Shown piece by piece: positions 26,136 through 40,402 of a DNA stretch of 64,000 nucleotides. Every line of letters begins with the position of its first letter. Position 1 is the stretch's first letter. The stretch lies in contig NC_043001.1 in NCBI RefSeq assembly GCF_006345805.1, positions 94,798,001 to 94,862,000 of the forward strand, read 5' to 3'. A program made the translations under genes and the position numbers. Source of the DNA: Octopus sinensis. Lineage: Eukaryota. The notes beneath the pieces are model-generated. The model saw only the letters and a program-made list of their open reading frames with translations, was not told where the DNA came from and ran no database searches.

Positions 26136-27699
26136 TTTGTGTATGCATATATGTGCATATATATATATGTTTGCATGTGCGTATGCAAGTTTCTATCTTA
26201 ACGTTCTAAATTCGAATTATAGACAAAGGAAATGGCATTATATACGTTATTCTGATTTTCTTACAGCGGAGATTAAACATGAAAGTGTTGTTAATACAAA
26301 GCTATAGTTTTAATTAGAAGCCTTAAAATCTAGGCGATTAATGGGATTATACGGAGTAAAATTTTCTTTAGAATTTCCGATCCCTTATATTTGAGATAAC
26401 ATAGGAAAGTACGTAAAATTATCGCAAGGAAATACGACAAACGCGTAAATATTATTGCTATCAGCTGTGGCTAATGTATGTACAGAGACGCGAATGGAAA
26501 TGAACACAGTTGAGGCTTCTATTACTGCTATTACTTTTGCAAATTAGTATATACGAAATCATATGTGAGGTAAAATGGCCAGGTTCTTCGAGATTATTCG
26601 TGGCTCTTAATTTTGATATTCAATGCCAATTTCGCATAGGTTCGTCTATTTTTTTTATCAAAACGCTTCATGAGATTATGATTATTAAGCGTAACATGCA
26701 GCATATTGAAGAATAGAACTGAGGAGCGACACAAGAGTCAGGATCTGGTCGGCATCTGCATTGAAATAGATGCATTTTACAGAAACTTCTCTTTATATTT
26801 TTCTTTATTAACATTTCTATGCTGAATCACTTTCACATACAAGGTATTAACGTTGACACTTATGCGGCAAAATCGTTTCCGCAAAAGTGAAATACATATC
26901 ATTTGAATAATTGTTTCTCCAGAAGTTTTTTCGATAGCGTTGAAAATCATTATTTTTATAATCGCACCAGCACATCTTTAAAATACCATCAACTGTTAGA
27001 CACAAATGGTATACAGAAACGAGAAATGCTTGGTTTTCGCCGTCCACGATCCACCATAGTACCAGATATTGACATATCAGATTGTCTGAAAAGGCATCAG
27101 CGTCCAATTCTTTCCAGTCTTCTGAGAGTACATATACGGTGGTTGCAGTTTTGACCTATAAGGTAGCCTATTTCTTTACATCACAGAGCTTCCGATTTTG
27201 TACATTCGATGTGACTAGAGGTGTACACGTCCGAGTTAACGTGAAAATTTAGAAGGTACGGTTACTCAACTTGTTGCCAATCGGGAACAAATAGAAAATT
27301 GGTATATTTTGCATACGAAACCGAGTAATCGTTTTCCTCCAATATGCACGACACATTTTCAGCACGAAAATAATTTCATGTTATTCGCAACATTATGCTG
27401 AAAGAATCCAGTTTTGGCTTTCGATGTTGAGTTATATATCTTGGCAGTGGAAAGGATAATATGTTCCTCCAGCCTCTCTCTTAGGCTGGGAGAGTTTATC
27501 ATCATGCGTCTCTGAAATGGAGATTATATATTTCTGCAAGTATCCTCCTTAATAGTCCATCTATAGCGGTGCAACGATCTTTTGTTGGTTTTGATATACC
27601 GAATACCGATCAGAAAGCATATTTTTTTGCTAGCACTCTCTGGCAACTTTATCCGCTCTATAGGATTTAATTTCTGTGTGTATTACCATAGCGCTCAGT

Positions 27700-29900
27700 A
27701 TTGTTGTTTTCTCATTTTCTGTGACCAGTGTCATCATTTTTCTGTTGTTGTTCCATAGTGATATCATAGCTAACAGTGTATGTAGATCCTAACTCTGCCG
27801 TGTCTGAAAAAAATGTTTCTTCTTAGCCAGGACTAAGCAGCCAGAGACGTTATGGTTTAATGTCTGTTCTCATTCTCCTCATATTCTGCAGTCTCTTGTA
27901 TTTCTTTTCATTATATTTTTTTTGTTAATTTGTAGTGGGACGTCTGTGATATTGTGTTGCAATTAAACTTTTTTTCAGTTTCTCCTTTGCGTCCTGAACT
28001 TCTGAGCCGTTGTTAGAAATGTTGCATTCTCTATTTCTTTTCTGCTTAGTTTAACCCAGTATTTGCCATGAAGGGGCATTTCTTACCATCCTTTTATCAT
28101 GATCCGTTGCTGTTCCAGTTGTAGTTTAGGTTTCAGTTGTTTTACATCTTCAGTTGTTTCTTCTTTTTCTAGATATTCCTTACGTACTAAGACTCTCTTT
28201 TTTTTAATTTGTGAGTTTCCTTAAAGACTGAAAACAGTTTCCTGTTTGTTCGTGCGCTCTGACTATTTGTATTAGATTTTTTTGCTTCTGAAGGAGGTGT
28301 TTTTGTAGTCCTATGGTGGTTATTTATTAATTGTTTTCTAGCATTATGAGGCCACTGCCACCTTCAGTGTGTTGTATATATAACCTTACTATGTCTGATT
28401 TGGCGTGGTGTATCCTAAATGTTGTACTTAGTTTCGTGTCTATTTTGATTAGTTCATTTAGAGCCCAGTTAAGAATATTGTACCGAAACTTATAACTGGG
28501 ACAGCTAGAGTGTTGATACCTATCATCTTGTTTTCCGAGCTGAGCTCTATTTTCAGTAGTAACCCAACTCATCTATAGTATTCTTTTCTTATCTTTTCTT
28601 TCATTTGTAGCGTTTTAGATCAGCCATATATAAAAGGTGGTTGATTGTTGTGCCGTAACAGTTGCATCCACATCCATTTCTACTTGGCATGCCAGTTGAA
28701 GGTGTTAGTAACAAACAGAGAAGAAGCGGAGAGAGCATGTCGAGGTCATACTTTGAAACTTCTTTCTGCGTCTGTCATCAGTTATAACTTTATTGATCAG
28801 TAGCTGATCTTTACAGCTTTATGAACCCTTGCATCATCCCTTAGCTCTTCTGAAAGCATGTTGTTTTCTTCCAGATAATTGCTCTTTCTCTGCGATATCA
28901 CAGAGTAAAGATTTGTAAATTGTGAGGAAACGAGTTATCGGTCCGTAATTTTGTGGGTGTTACGTTTCAATGGATTTGGATATAGAATAGCTTTCTCTTC
29001 CGTGAGAGTCATTCAGCCAGTGTCTCTGACTCTGATAGTATTTCATTAAATTTCTCAACCAGATTTTTATGATTTCCTGTTAAGTATTTTAACCAGAATT
29101 TGGGGATCTTGTAGTGCCAGGGTGCCTTCCGGTTGCTTGGATTTTGTAGTGCCTGGGTGACCTTTTCTGTTGTTATAGAGATCCAGTGTTGTTCAGGTGG
29201 TGTGTTCGTTGTTTTGATAGATACTTGATGCGTTTGTTCCTTCGTCGACCAAATTTCTTTCCAAATATCTTCCATTTCTCCTGCTGATGGTGCTGCATTG
29301 ATCTCTATTTTATTTTTGCCAAGTTCTCGGTAGAATCTTTTGGGGATGGAGTTGATTTGTATGTTTAGTTCAAAGGAACGTTAGTGTTTGTCGTGCCGGC
29401 GGATTCTTTGTGCTTTGGCGAGGATATCTTCTGTAGCTGTTTTTTGTTTTACATCAGATATACCTTGTTCTGTAATTTTGTATTTATGTACCTTTTTTCT
29501 TCTTGTCTTGTTGCTTAGTAGTGCTGATTGTCTAATAGTTTCTTTAAGGAGTGAAAGATCGTTTCTATTATTTTTCTTTTGTTTTCTGAATATTATTTAA
29601 CTACAGTATTCGTTTAGGTAAATATACTCCTGTTTGGATGCATTGTAGGTGGCATCCAATCTATTTTGTTGCCGTAGAGGCTGATGCTCATATTATAACA
29701 TTTAGCCTGGTATTATTGACATTTGTTTCCGTGGCTATTAATTCTGTGACGGCAAAGCTAATGCTATTTATTATTGATGTTGGTTTATTATCAAATTTAA
29801 TTTTGGGGATTTATAATCCGTGATCAATACTGAGACCTGTGGCTTTCAATTATTTGATTATGTTCCTTTTTAGAGTATCATAACCAATAGATTCACCTTC
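27700..29900 (-). mobile_element. Decayed R4/Dong-like non-LTR retrotransposon (RT + CCHC knuckle), internally deleted
   Basis: Minus-strand frames give EINAAPSAGEMEDIWKEIW..RKAPWHYKIPKFWLKYL, CKDQLLINKVI, RLYIQHTEGGSGL and CRI*GENEQTLNHNVSGCLVLAKK. These are typical of restriction-like-endonuclease LINEs. Many stops and frameshifts. Confidence 0.88.
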
Positions 29901-30157
29901 ACTGTTTCCAGGTTTAAGATTGGGTTTTCATTCACTCCCGTTCATATTTTGTCTTTGGTGTTCAGGTTTGGTGCATTTTGCTCATTAGTATACATTCTAA
30001 CGGTCTGGGTGTGTTGTCTTTCGTTGTTTACTTCGACATTTCGATATTTATGCTTTGAGAATATATATCCGTAAGTTAGATACTTTATTAGGGTTCATTG
30101 CTGTATCCACATCTTTCGTCCAGATTTTATATGAATACATATCATATGTATATATTA

Positions 30158-30553
30158 TCTATTATATAAAATCCGTTCTGTCTATATGTGTGTGTGTCTT
30201 CTAGGATCTAGGGCATCCCCCATCCAATTGCGCTTTGTTCTACTAGGAATCAATAATACTGTATCGTATTATTTAATAATTTTTTTTCCTTAATAGCTCC
30301 TTCCGTCATGTCGGTATGTCAACGGCTAATCGTTCAGACGAGTATATTGTCAGTGATGCAGCAACATTTGAATTTTTGTCCGGGTGTATCTAGCCGACGA
30401 CAACTAATCAGATTTACTTTAATAAACGTAATTTGGGAAGTTCGAAACCTAGGACATAGATTTTCTACATTTTCGTTGTACATTTTTTTAATGTTCTTTC
30501 TACAGGTAAGATGAATTTTTTTAATGTTCGCCGGGCGCAAGCATGTTTGCCAG
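30158..30553 (+). mobile_element. Possible non-autonomous Helitron
   Basis: 5' A|TCtattatataaaa, a short subterminal hairpin gcaagc-at-gtttgc, and 3' CCAG|T (canonical is CTRR). No ORF. Confidence 0.45.
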
Positions 30554-30559
30554 TATATA

Positions 30560-30594
<35 letters not shown>

Positions 30595-31516
30595 AGTGAA
30601 GCTTTACTATGGTGTCCTATATTATCGACTGCAATTTCTGGTACATTGTTGTGCCAATATTCTGTATAATTATATATATAAGTATATTAGTGTTTAAGCA
30701 TGTATGTATGCATGTGAAATATCAGGTGAATGCCAATTGTGTGAAGAAATTGCAGCTACATGTGGTAGCATTCGAAGTCTATGTAAACATTTAAAACTGA
30801 CGCTAATTAACTACGCCAATATTTTCCCCTGACCACGTCATCGTCGGTTTTGGACAAAGCTTCTAAATTGAATGCCCTAAGCAAATTTCATATATATATA
30901 TATACTATACGGACATACAAATATTCATGTGCTTTCATAAATTTTGCTGTGTATGGTTCTACGTTGGAATGTATGTATTGTAATATAATTTCGGTGTTGC
31001 ATTTTTATGTATGTATGTGTGTGTGCGCGCGCGCGTGTTACTAAATTTGACTATTGTGTGTATACAAGAGGAAATAGAGAATACCAAACTGAAAATGGAA
31101 TTTTCCAATTTGGCAGCTCACCGAATAAGATCCGACCTTATATATTGTATGAAAAGCAAGGCGAATATTTTGGCACGGCAATGAGGGAGAAGGTAGTGGG
31201 GTAAATATAGCTTGTGAATGAAGGTTTTTGGATCACATGAGATTCAGACAGATACTTAAGTATTTATGGAATTTACTATGTGAGCATGTATGTTATGCGG
31301 ATTTTCAGCGAGCTTTAAGATAATAATACGGTGAAATATAGATGTAATATTTGAATTTGTACAAAATGGAGCTTTATAAATCTAGGCGACAGAGAGAAAT
31401 ATCTGTGTGACATTATGTGTCCATAGCAGAAGCAAATATATATTCATTATTCATTTATAAGTTACAGTGGTGTTGCGTGTGAAAATCGAGATTAGTAATG
31501 ATACATACATGTGTTG

Positions 31517-31925
<409 letters not shown>

Positions 31926-32183
31926 ATATGTTGATGTAAACAGGGAATATAGAGGTCAAAACATGAGTACGTGTATATTTCTATTAATATTTAGCAGATG
32001 TTCCCAGTGGTTCGTGCGTTGGTGCTTCATACACTGGATTACTATGTTACTCTGTTACTTCTGGTAGATATACATGTGAGTCTGTAAGTTTGTGTATCTG
32101 ACTCTGTGTGTGATTGTGTGTGTGTAGGTTGTGTCATCCCATTTATAATGCGTTTTTTGTTTCAGTTGCATGAACTAAAAGTC

Positions 32184-32651
32184 GGAGGGTGACGGGATAA
32201 ACTGCCTGCTTCAACTTGCCAAAGAAGTAGGTAGTATTTTTATGAGTTCAATAAAGGCAATAACGCAATAGAAAATGCAAGGGATGTTAATGCAGTATAT
32301 AGTGATTAGACACTAAATGTAAACCAGTGTTAACGGTAGTTCCAGAAATTCGGTATCTACAGCCTACAAGACGAGCCTCCTCCTGGAAGAGCTATAGAAC
32401 TCAACGCTGACGTCCTTTAAAATCTGGTGGCTAAAATCCCATCATGAATGTTGAAGATCTATCAGGGAAGCTTGGATTTGGTCAATCAACCATTTATCGA
32501 CCCCTGCGTTCCATCGGAAACGGCTACAAATTGGGTCAATAGGTTCCTCACAAACTCTCCGAGTGTAATCGCATGCAGAGAATGAATGTTTGCTCGTTTT
32601 TGCTGTCTCGTCAAACGAATGAGAATTGTTTTGGACCGAATAATGACAGGA
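32184..32651 (+). mobile_element. mariner transposase N-terminal relic
   Basis: YEFNKGNNAIENARDVNAVY..FQKF..SLQDEPPPGR..STIYRPLRSIG..KLGQ*VPHKLSE (the WVPHEL linker) ..LDRIMTG. Truncated by the LINE fragment. Confidence 0.88.
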
Positions 32652-33530
32652 TGGAAGATTGCTAAGAAAAACGCTGCACAGAGCTTGAGAATGAACGTAG
32701 TTGAAAATAGGTGGGTAAAGAAAGAAAATACGTGGACAATTTCATAGGCATGTTGAAGATACTACAGACAGAGATAAAACATGGTTATGGTGATCTAAAA
32801 GTGATTTAAAATCGGAGATGGACGTTCTAATATGTGCTACCGATGCGCAAGCATTAAGGACGAATGACATCAAATACAGAGTGCACAACACACAAAGAAG
32901 TGATAAGCACAGAATCTGTGGCAATAAGGTGAAACTCTATAGCATATTACCAGCTAACGTACACCACTAGCCCAGAAAGAATATAAGATACACCATGACA
33001 ACATAGCAAGGATTGTCGATTGGGCATTTTGTCACAAGTATAGACTTGACAGAGCAAAGAAATGGTACGAACATAAACCTGACAGAATCATCGAAAATGA
33101 CAATTCAAAGATCCTATGTGAAGGACAATAGCAAACCAGACATAGTGTTAATTGAGAAAGAAAGTAAACAATGTTGGATCATAGATATAACATGCCCACC
33201 TGAGAGCAAGGTATGCAATACGGGAAAAAGAAAAGTCGATAAATATGAGGGGTTAACTTGGAGGATTAAGTAGTTCTGGTGGATGAAAAATGTGGTAGTA
33301 CTACTTATAATTGTCGGAGACTTGGGAACAGTGAGTAAAAACCATTGAGAAATACATAGAAAAAATATGGTGGGGGGGGGGGCAATAAGGATAGAGCACC
33401 TCTTGGAACTGTTCGAGTACTCCGGATGTTGCTCGAAAAATAAGGGGTGTTACCTTAGTTCACTGGTAGTGAACAGGTGAAACCGCAGTACATCCCCAGC
33501 GTTAGAAACTGCACAAAGACAATAAAATGA
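32652..33530 (+). mobile_element. R4/Dong-like LINE 3' end (zinc knuckle + REL endonuclease + 3' UTR)
   Basis: Reads GQFHRHVEDTTDRDKTWLW..DLKSE..QALRTN, then HRICGNK..EYKIHHDNIARIVDW..WYEHKP, then KPDIVLIEKESKQCWIIDITCP..KVDKYEGL..IIVGDLGTV. It ends at an (AAC)/(ACT)n tract. Confidence 0.9.
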
Positions 33531-33599
33531 TACAACAAAAACAACAACAACAACTACTACTACTACTACTAATACTAATACTAATACTACTACTACTAC

Positions 33600-34310
33600 T
33601 ACTATGGACAGAGGAGTACGTTAAAGTCATGGAAGCTTCTAACGATACATGATACTCATCTACGTGCGGATACTGATCGCCTATGCATGAAAAGAGCAAC
33701 TGGAGGAAGATGATTGATAAGTGTGGAAGACTGCGTGTGTACAGAACTCAAGGGCTTAATGCAATACCTAATCCATAGTAAGGAAACCATCCTAGTGATA
33801 GTTAGGTATGTGGGAGTATTGAAATCAGAGAAAAAAAGGTAAAACAAAAGAAACACAATCATGATTTAATGAAGAATTACGCAAGTAGGTTCTACACAAT
33901 CAGTTCCATGCAGCCACAAAAGAAGTTGCTGAAAAATATAAGTGGGATTGGCTGATGATGCTCCGCTTTGCCGCTTCTGCAATGAGGCGGATGAAACCAT
34001 TGCTCATATCACAAACAAAAGCCTTAAAGCTGCCCCAAATCATAAGTTGTGGCAACCCAATCAGTTAGCAAAAGTGCTACATTAGAAACTGCAAAAAGTG
34101 GGGGATATGGAGAGGTAAGACTTGGTATAAGCACAAAACTCAGAGAGTGTCGGAGTTCGGCACAAGCAAAATCTTCTTTGATTTCCCAATCTAAACAGAT
34201 CAAGTGCTAGGCATTACAGGCCGGACCAAGTGGATGCTTATGAAATTAACATGTAAGTAGCTGAGCACTCCACAGACACGCGTAGTTCTCAGAAAGATTC
34301 TGCAAGACAC
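33600..34310 (+). mobile_element. Second + strand R4/Dong-like fragment
   Basis: GGR*LISVEDCVCTELKGLMQYL, PLCRFCNEADETIAHIT and KIFFDFPI*TDQV motifs; heavily degraded. Confidence 0.8.
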
Positions 34311-37022
34311 AGGATATGATAAGGCTGGTCTTTTTAGTTATAAGTGCAACTCCTTTTTGCTAGCTGAGTGGACTGTAGCAACATGAAATTTAATTTCCTG
34401 CTCTATCCCACGACACGCTGTAGGGAATGGAAATCATAACCATACGATTCTCAGACGATTACCCTATCCACGAAGTCAGGCTCCTTCACTCTGCTGAATA
34501 TTGTGGTTCGGAGTTCTTAAAACAAATATTTTTAAACGGTTTCATTTATATAGCCATCATCTGCAAGATGATGCGCTTACACTTGAGGGAGTCTTAAGTA
34601 GTGATTTCCCTTCCCTATTGAGGAGACAAAAGTACTTTGCCTTAGTGTCTCTCAGACCTAGATAATGAATTAGCCAAACACTCGTTGGCTTCCTGGTGGA
34701 ATCCACCATGTCTGTCTCTTTTGCTGTTGGGAATGTCTAAGTTGTTCATCGCTTCACGTGGCAGTGTAATCCAGAATACCATGTGTTTCGGGTCAGAAGG
34801 CTTAAAAATTGAACTTACTGTTCACTTGTGGACGCATTGGCGACGGGAGTACAGGACTACCGATATCTCAGTAGCAGGACAGAGTTATGGATCTTCTATT
34901 TAACGCTACAGTTATAAGACTTGGACAGAATGCATACGAATCGTCTGAATTCATTTGTGCTAGGAACTTTTGCAGAATTGTGGGTTAAAATTTATCAGAC
35001 TTCGTACCCAGTCAAAAACTATAGTTATAAACTAAGGTGCATCTTGTTTGATTATGTTGCTCGATTTTCCCTGTTGGATCATGTATGCCATGTCCTTTTA
35101 TCTTTCCTCTGAAGATCTAGCAAGGATGACAGCTCCTGTGCGTCGATCATATTTCACATGGTCAGCGGAGGGGGAATATATCGCAGAAGGGCGGCTAAGT
35201 AAAATATATCTCGGAGGATTGGCAGAAACGACTCTGACGAATACTGAGAAATGGCGAGTGCAGCGATGCACTAAAATGGCGAATGACCCCATAAATGTCC
35301 TGGCCTATATCACACGTGAAATGGAAAGTATTGGGTTATTTTAGTTTAGCTCATATAGTACAACTTCAAAACTGGTATAAAGGTCGAAAGCTTCTCACTT
35401 GGCTGTGTGCCACCCTAATATTAATGGACACTTCCACATTGTGTATAACATGGTAAAAATCAAATTTTTATTCCTAGGATTTGTGTACATTTAATTCCAT
35501 AATTGTCACCAATATGTGAAAAATTCTTATTCAATTTCTCTTTGTCAGTATTTCCTCCGGAACATGGTTCCACATTTACAAATTATATGTAGCCCGACTA
35601 CAAACCTGTTGCACGTTAGTCGATTATACTCGTTTATATACAGTAGACTACGTGTCAAAATGAATGTTATATATTATAGACTGTCAAAAGAAATCATATT
35701 CCCATATCGTATGTTGGAATTTGTTTCAAATTTTTATATGAAATAAAATCAAGACCCTGATTTTACGAATGTATATTTTAAAAAGATATTCGTAATAAAA
35801 TAATGAGGTGATCTGATAATTTGCTTTTCGATTTTAAATCATATTTCAACTTTTTCCTTGAAGTAAACTTCGTCATAGGTTCAGGATAGGAATACATATA
35901 AGCATTTTTTAAATACTTATAATGTCTGGATGATATCAATTTAAAAGTTTCCTATATTTCGCAGATAATAGCACGAACCAGTACCATGGCACAACTTATA
36001 TTTTGCAGCAGAATAATAATTCTGACTTTTATATAGGTTCCAAACAAAAAATTGATTGATACGTATCGTTTTTTTAACCGCAACAGGTAAGGGAAAAAAT
36101 GTGACAAGCATCTACCGACATATGTTTAGGTAATGTTTATTCTTACAATTGTATACATATATTGTCCCATCAGGAACTGAAGAGAAAGTAGAGAAAAAGC
36201 TGCATGACTTTTGACAAGTACCATGTTGATCGCCATTTATTTGTTATTCGGTAAGTAGTATTTTTTTTTTACTTGACAGGACAATTCTCCCTAAGTGTAA
36301 AGTGCAAGACAGATGCTTTTGAAAGCAAATATGGTAACATTTAATATTTGTTTTCTCTGTGATTTTCAACTTCATGGGGATCTCCGTGGGATTAATATTT
36401 TATATTTTTCACACACCAATATGGCCGCTTGTAAGTTATTGAATTATGCTGACATTCATATTCCTTTTCTACAGTAAATCTCAATGTTCATATCTAAATA
36501 TTGCCGAATTTATGATACGTGAATTTCTTACTAAATCAAAAAAATATTTTATTGCTTCATACCTTCGCTCATAGTATAGACCACACTCCAGCACATGATC
36601 TGGAAAATCGAAGTCCATTGTTGTGGATTGATATTGAAAATATTCGGCCACCATTAAATGAACAAAAATGAATGCTTAATCTACAAGTATTCAAAATCAG
36701 TAAATTCAAATGAGATACATATTTTTTCAAATAATTATTTGAGAACTCAAGTGTTACCATGCGAGTCACACTCATTTATGAGTGGAGAATACCAATAGAA
36801 TGCTAAGGGCAGTGTTTCTTATTCTTAACATACACACATTTATGCACACATGTATCAGGAAAACGGTATAGCATTCCTTTCAAATTTGAGGTACGAGCCC
36901 ACAAATTTTAAAGTCAGGAATTAGATGAATACATGAGAATCAATATATTACTGGCCCTTTAGAAAACGGACCACGGAAAGAAGTCAGGCAAAATTTAAAG
37001 CGGGGGAATATCAAGTTTGAAT

Positions 37023-37111
<89 letters not shown>

Positions 37112-37133
37112 GTGCGTGTGTGTGTGTATATGT

Positions 37134-37207
<74 letters not shown>

Positions 37208-37245
37208 TATTACTTTTATATATAGACGTATACATGCATATGTGT

Positions 37246-37553
37246 GGAGGCGCAATGGCCCAGTGGTTAGGGCAGCGGACTCGCCGTCGTACGATCGCGG
37301 TTTCGATTCCCAGACCGGGCGTTGTGAGTGTTTATTGAGCAAAAACACCTAAAAAGCTCCACGAGGCTCCGGCAGGAGGTGGTGATCCCTGCTGTACTCT
37401 TTCACTACTCTTTCTCCCACTTTTCTTCTGTTGGCCTGCTCGCTTAGCCAGCGGGGTGGCGTCATTCGAAGGCTAAAACAATGCGAACGCATTGTGACCA
37501 GCGATGTGTAACAACATCTGATGGTCTGGTTGGTCACGTGATCACGTGATCAC
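37246..37553 (+). mobile_element. tRNA-derived SINE family C, full length
   Basis: tRNA-like head ggaggcgcaatggcccagtggttagggcagcggactcg..ggtttcgattcccagacc with A- and B-box, a unique body, and a 3' tail of repeated cacgtgat. The head has no acceptor-stem closure, so it is not a true tRNA. Confidence 0.85.
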
Positions 37554-39429
37554 ATGCATATGTATATGCACGTATGTAAATATGCTTATATATATACATA
37601 TACACCCAAACACGCACACAGACATGAATACACACACACAGTCACACGCGCACACACACACATGTATATATATGTGCATGTATGCATGTGTGTGTGTTTA
37701 GAAATTGACTTTATGTGTCAGGAACAATAAAAAAACAGACGTGAATATTATCTGTTGCTAGTCACCAAAAATATGTGAATGAATATCAGGTGTTATACTG
37801 ATGAAAGCACGTGGATATAATGTCTAACCTACAATCTAGGTTAAAGTATTCAATCGATTTTGAATAATTTTATTCTGTAATGTATTCAAGTAATGTTACG
37901 AGAATAGAAAATCTAATGTTCAAAAGAAGAAATGAAGTTCGTGAATATATATTCTCAGGTATAGCCAATGTTCTGAACCTTGTACACCTCACGCAGTATG
38001 CGTATATCGTATTTTTTGTAAAATATTTTATCCAACGTCTGACTCTTCCACTCTGATTTTATATGCAAACAATATCTGCCTTGGATTTGTTTTCTGTCTC
38101 GTGCATTAATCTTAATATCTTAAAGTACTCTTCCGACAGTTTTGGGAGAGTTATAGCCTGATTCATTTCCGGGTTTGTGATAATTTTCTTTGTAACTTCT
38201 GTGTGATTTTTAAGAGGAAGTCCCTGAAGAAGAAGCAGGCACCTAAATGTGACTGGATTTTGTTCATCCGGTTTAAATATCTCGCAATATCTGGACACTC
38301 TACCCACGTGTTCAAAGTTTGAAATCACGGTGATACAAATTTGTCTGACTTTTATGGGAATTTTTAGACAAGCTATACCACTGATATTATTAGAAACAAT
38401 TTTAACCTCAAATATTTACATTTAGTCATGTATCTACAATATACATGTGTGTCTATAAGCGTGAGTATATGTATGTGTTTTGTTTGTGTGTAGTAAATTT
38501 GTGAGCATAGAAAAGAAGATCCTGTCAGTTCATTCTGATAGAGGCTGACACGTTTAACTTGTTTTTACGAGGACCTGATAATTGGCCACGGTATAGATAT
38601 ACGATAGCTTTCAAGAGATTAGAGAAAAAAGAGGTAGAAAGAAAAAAGAGAGAGAGAAAAAAGGAGATAGAAGTGAGGCACGGGGTATGCAATTGTAACG
38701 CTTTGTAAAAGGAAGAGTGAATATTTATTTTATGAATGCTGTGCATCAAATCTCCAATGGCACGCACCGTAACAATGCGATTTGAGAGAGCGAAGGATCT
38801 TGTGATGGTCTAATACTCTACGCCATTATTGTGCACAAGAGATTAGCATAAAATTTCCTTCAAGAGCCTACCTAATTCTGGGGTCATGAATGCTACTTTC
38901 GCTAAATTTCTCTTGCTACGGAGGCCACTGATTTAATAAAGTTCAGGAAGTCGACAGGAAATGTGGTTTTATGTACCCTACAGTACTTGCCATTAAGATT
39001 TAATCACTATGGTCTAATTATAAAGTAGAAACATAACTTATTCATAGAATTCATTTCTTATGTTTCTGCAGGAAGGGGAAGACTTAGTGGCGTAGATCTT
39101 GCTGATTCGTTATAACATAACATATGACCTTCATTAGTGTGTGGGCCTATTCTGCTTAACAGAATAGCATGTAAATTAGGCATATATCAAAATCAGTAAT
39201 AAAATTACATATTAGTAATCAGAAAAGATGCCAACGAACATTTAATGCTATAAAGCTTCAAACGGTATTGTTAATAATCGAATACATAATAATGATTATA
39301 TAATTTAAATTGAGATGTGTTAATAATGCTCTGAAACATTCCGACATGTTCTGGTTATAAGAAAAGTACGTAGCCAGAAATCTTCACTACTATAGGTACA
39401 AGGACTGAAATTATAAGGAGATGGTGTTA

Positions 39430-39600
39430 GTCGACAATATCATCTCTTGTGCTCAACCGGTACTTATTTTATCGACCCTGAAAATTGAGAAAGACACAGT
39501 CAACCTTACCGGATTTGGAATTCAGATTGTAAAACCGGAAAGAATTCACCGAAACATTTTGTGCTACCTGGCAATGATTCTGCAATCTCAGCGAATTTGG
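39430..39600 (-). mobile_element. SINE family B, degenerate copy
   Basis: ccggtacttattttatcgaccctgaaa..agtcaaccttaccggatttggaattcag is the reverse complement of the family B core at 20.2 kb. Confidence 0.65.
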
Positions 39601-39957
39601 GTGATAATTGATAATGATAGTTGATAAAAGTAACAAAAATACAGTATATATATTGTATAGCGCTTGAAACCGTTTACTGAATTTCCTCTCCTGTATGTGC
39701 CCATACATTAAACAGAAAAGTAACCAAATGTAATATACTGACGGTATTTGAATTTATGTTTTATAGAGACCGTCAAACAAAGTGAATCGTACACTTAGAA
39801 CTTTTCGTTCAAATACTAGCAAAGCGGTTTTTCATGCATCCTACAAATTTATGGAGAATAAAACAAGTGTATATATGACTGTTCAGGAAAAATACCAAAT
39901 GGTTCATATTTGAATATCTTATAAAAATAGTTCTATATTGAAGAGATAAGGAATAAG

Positions 39958-40094
39958 GTACGCTATTTACATTTCACAGATATTTGTCCTTTGGACGGAT
40001 ATTTGTCATTATCTTGTTTGTTGTTAACACAACGTTTCTGCTGATATACTCTCAAGTATCTTGGGGGAAATTTCGAAACTAAGGTATTTTTCGC

Positions 40095-40142
<48 letters not shown>

Positions 40143-40240
40143 CATCATCATCATCATCAGCATCATCATCATCATCATCGTCATCGTCATCGTCGTCGTC
40201 GTCATCGTCGTCGTTGTCGTTGTTGTTGTTGTTATTATTA

Positions 40241-40294
<54 letters not shown>

Positions 40295-40402
40295 CATCAT
40301 CATTATTATTATTATTATTATTATTAATAGTATTATTATTATTATTATTATTATCATTATTATGGTCACTGCCTGGAATCGAACTCGGAATCTTGGGGCT
40401 AG
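39958..40402 (-). mobile_element. Family H2 element: tRNA-like B-box head + triplet array + HHR-remnant tail
   Basis: Minus strand: gagttcgattcc (B-box, + strand 40375-40384), then the (AAT/GAT/AAC)n array, then gaaaaataccttag..gaaatttcccccaag..gtatatcagcaGAAACGTTgtgttaac..gacaaatatcc. The tail is homologous to 17332-17470; the CTGATGA/stem II part is deleted here. Confidence 0.7.
40095..40362. repeat. Mixed TTA/TCA/TCG/TTG trinucleotide array
   Basis: Directly visible. Confidence 0.96.

Noticed and set aside
26850-27650. Gypsy pol (RT/RNase H) relic on the minus strand
   Set aside because: Only faint motif resemblance (ELDADA, DGEN); cannot be supported without an HMM search.
34560-35345. 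Host exon or L1/Tx1-like LINE fragment (also 60500-61700)
   Set aside because: Higher-GC, coding-like texture but no convincing motif or splice-consistent ORF; left unassigned.
37246-37325. tRNA gene
   Set aside because: A- and B-boxes are present but there is no complete cloverleaf or acceptor stem, and it runs into a SINE body and tail.
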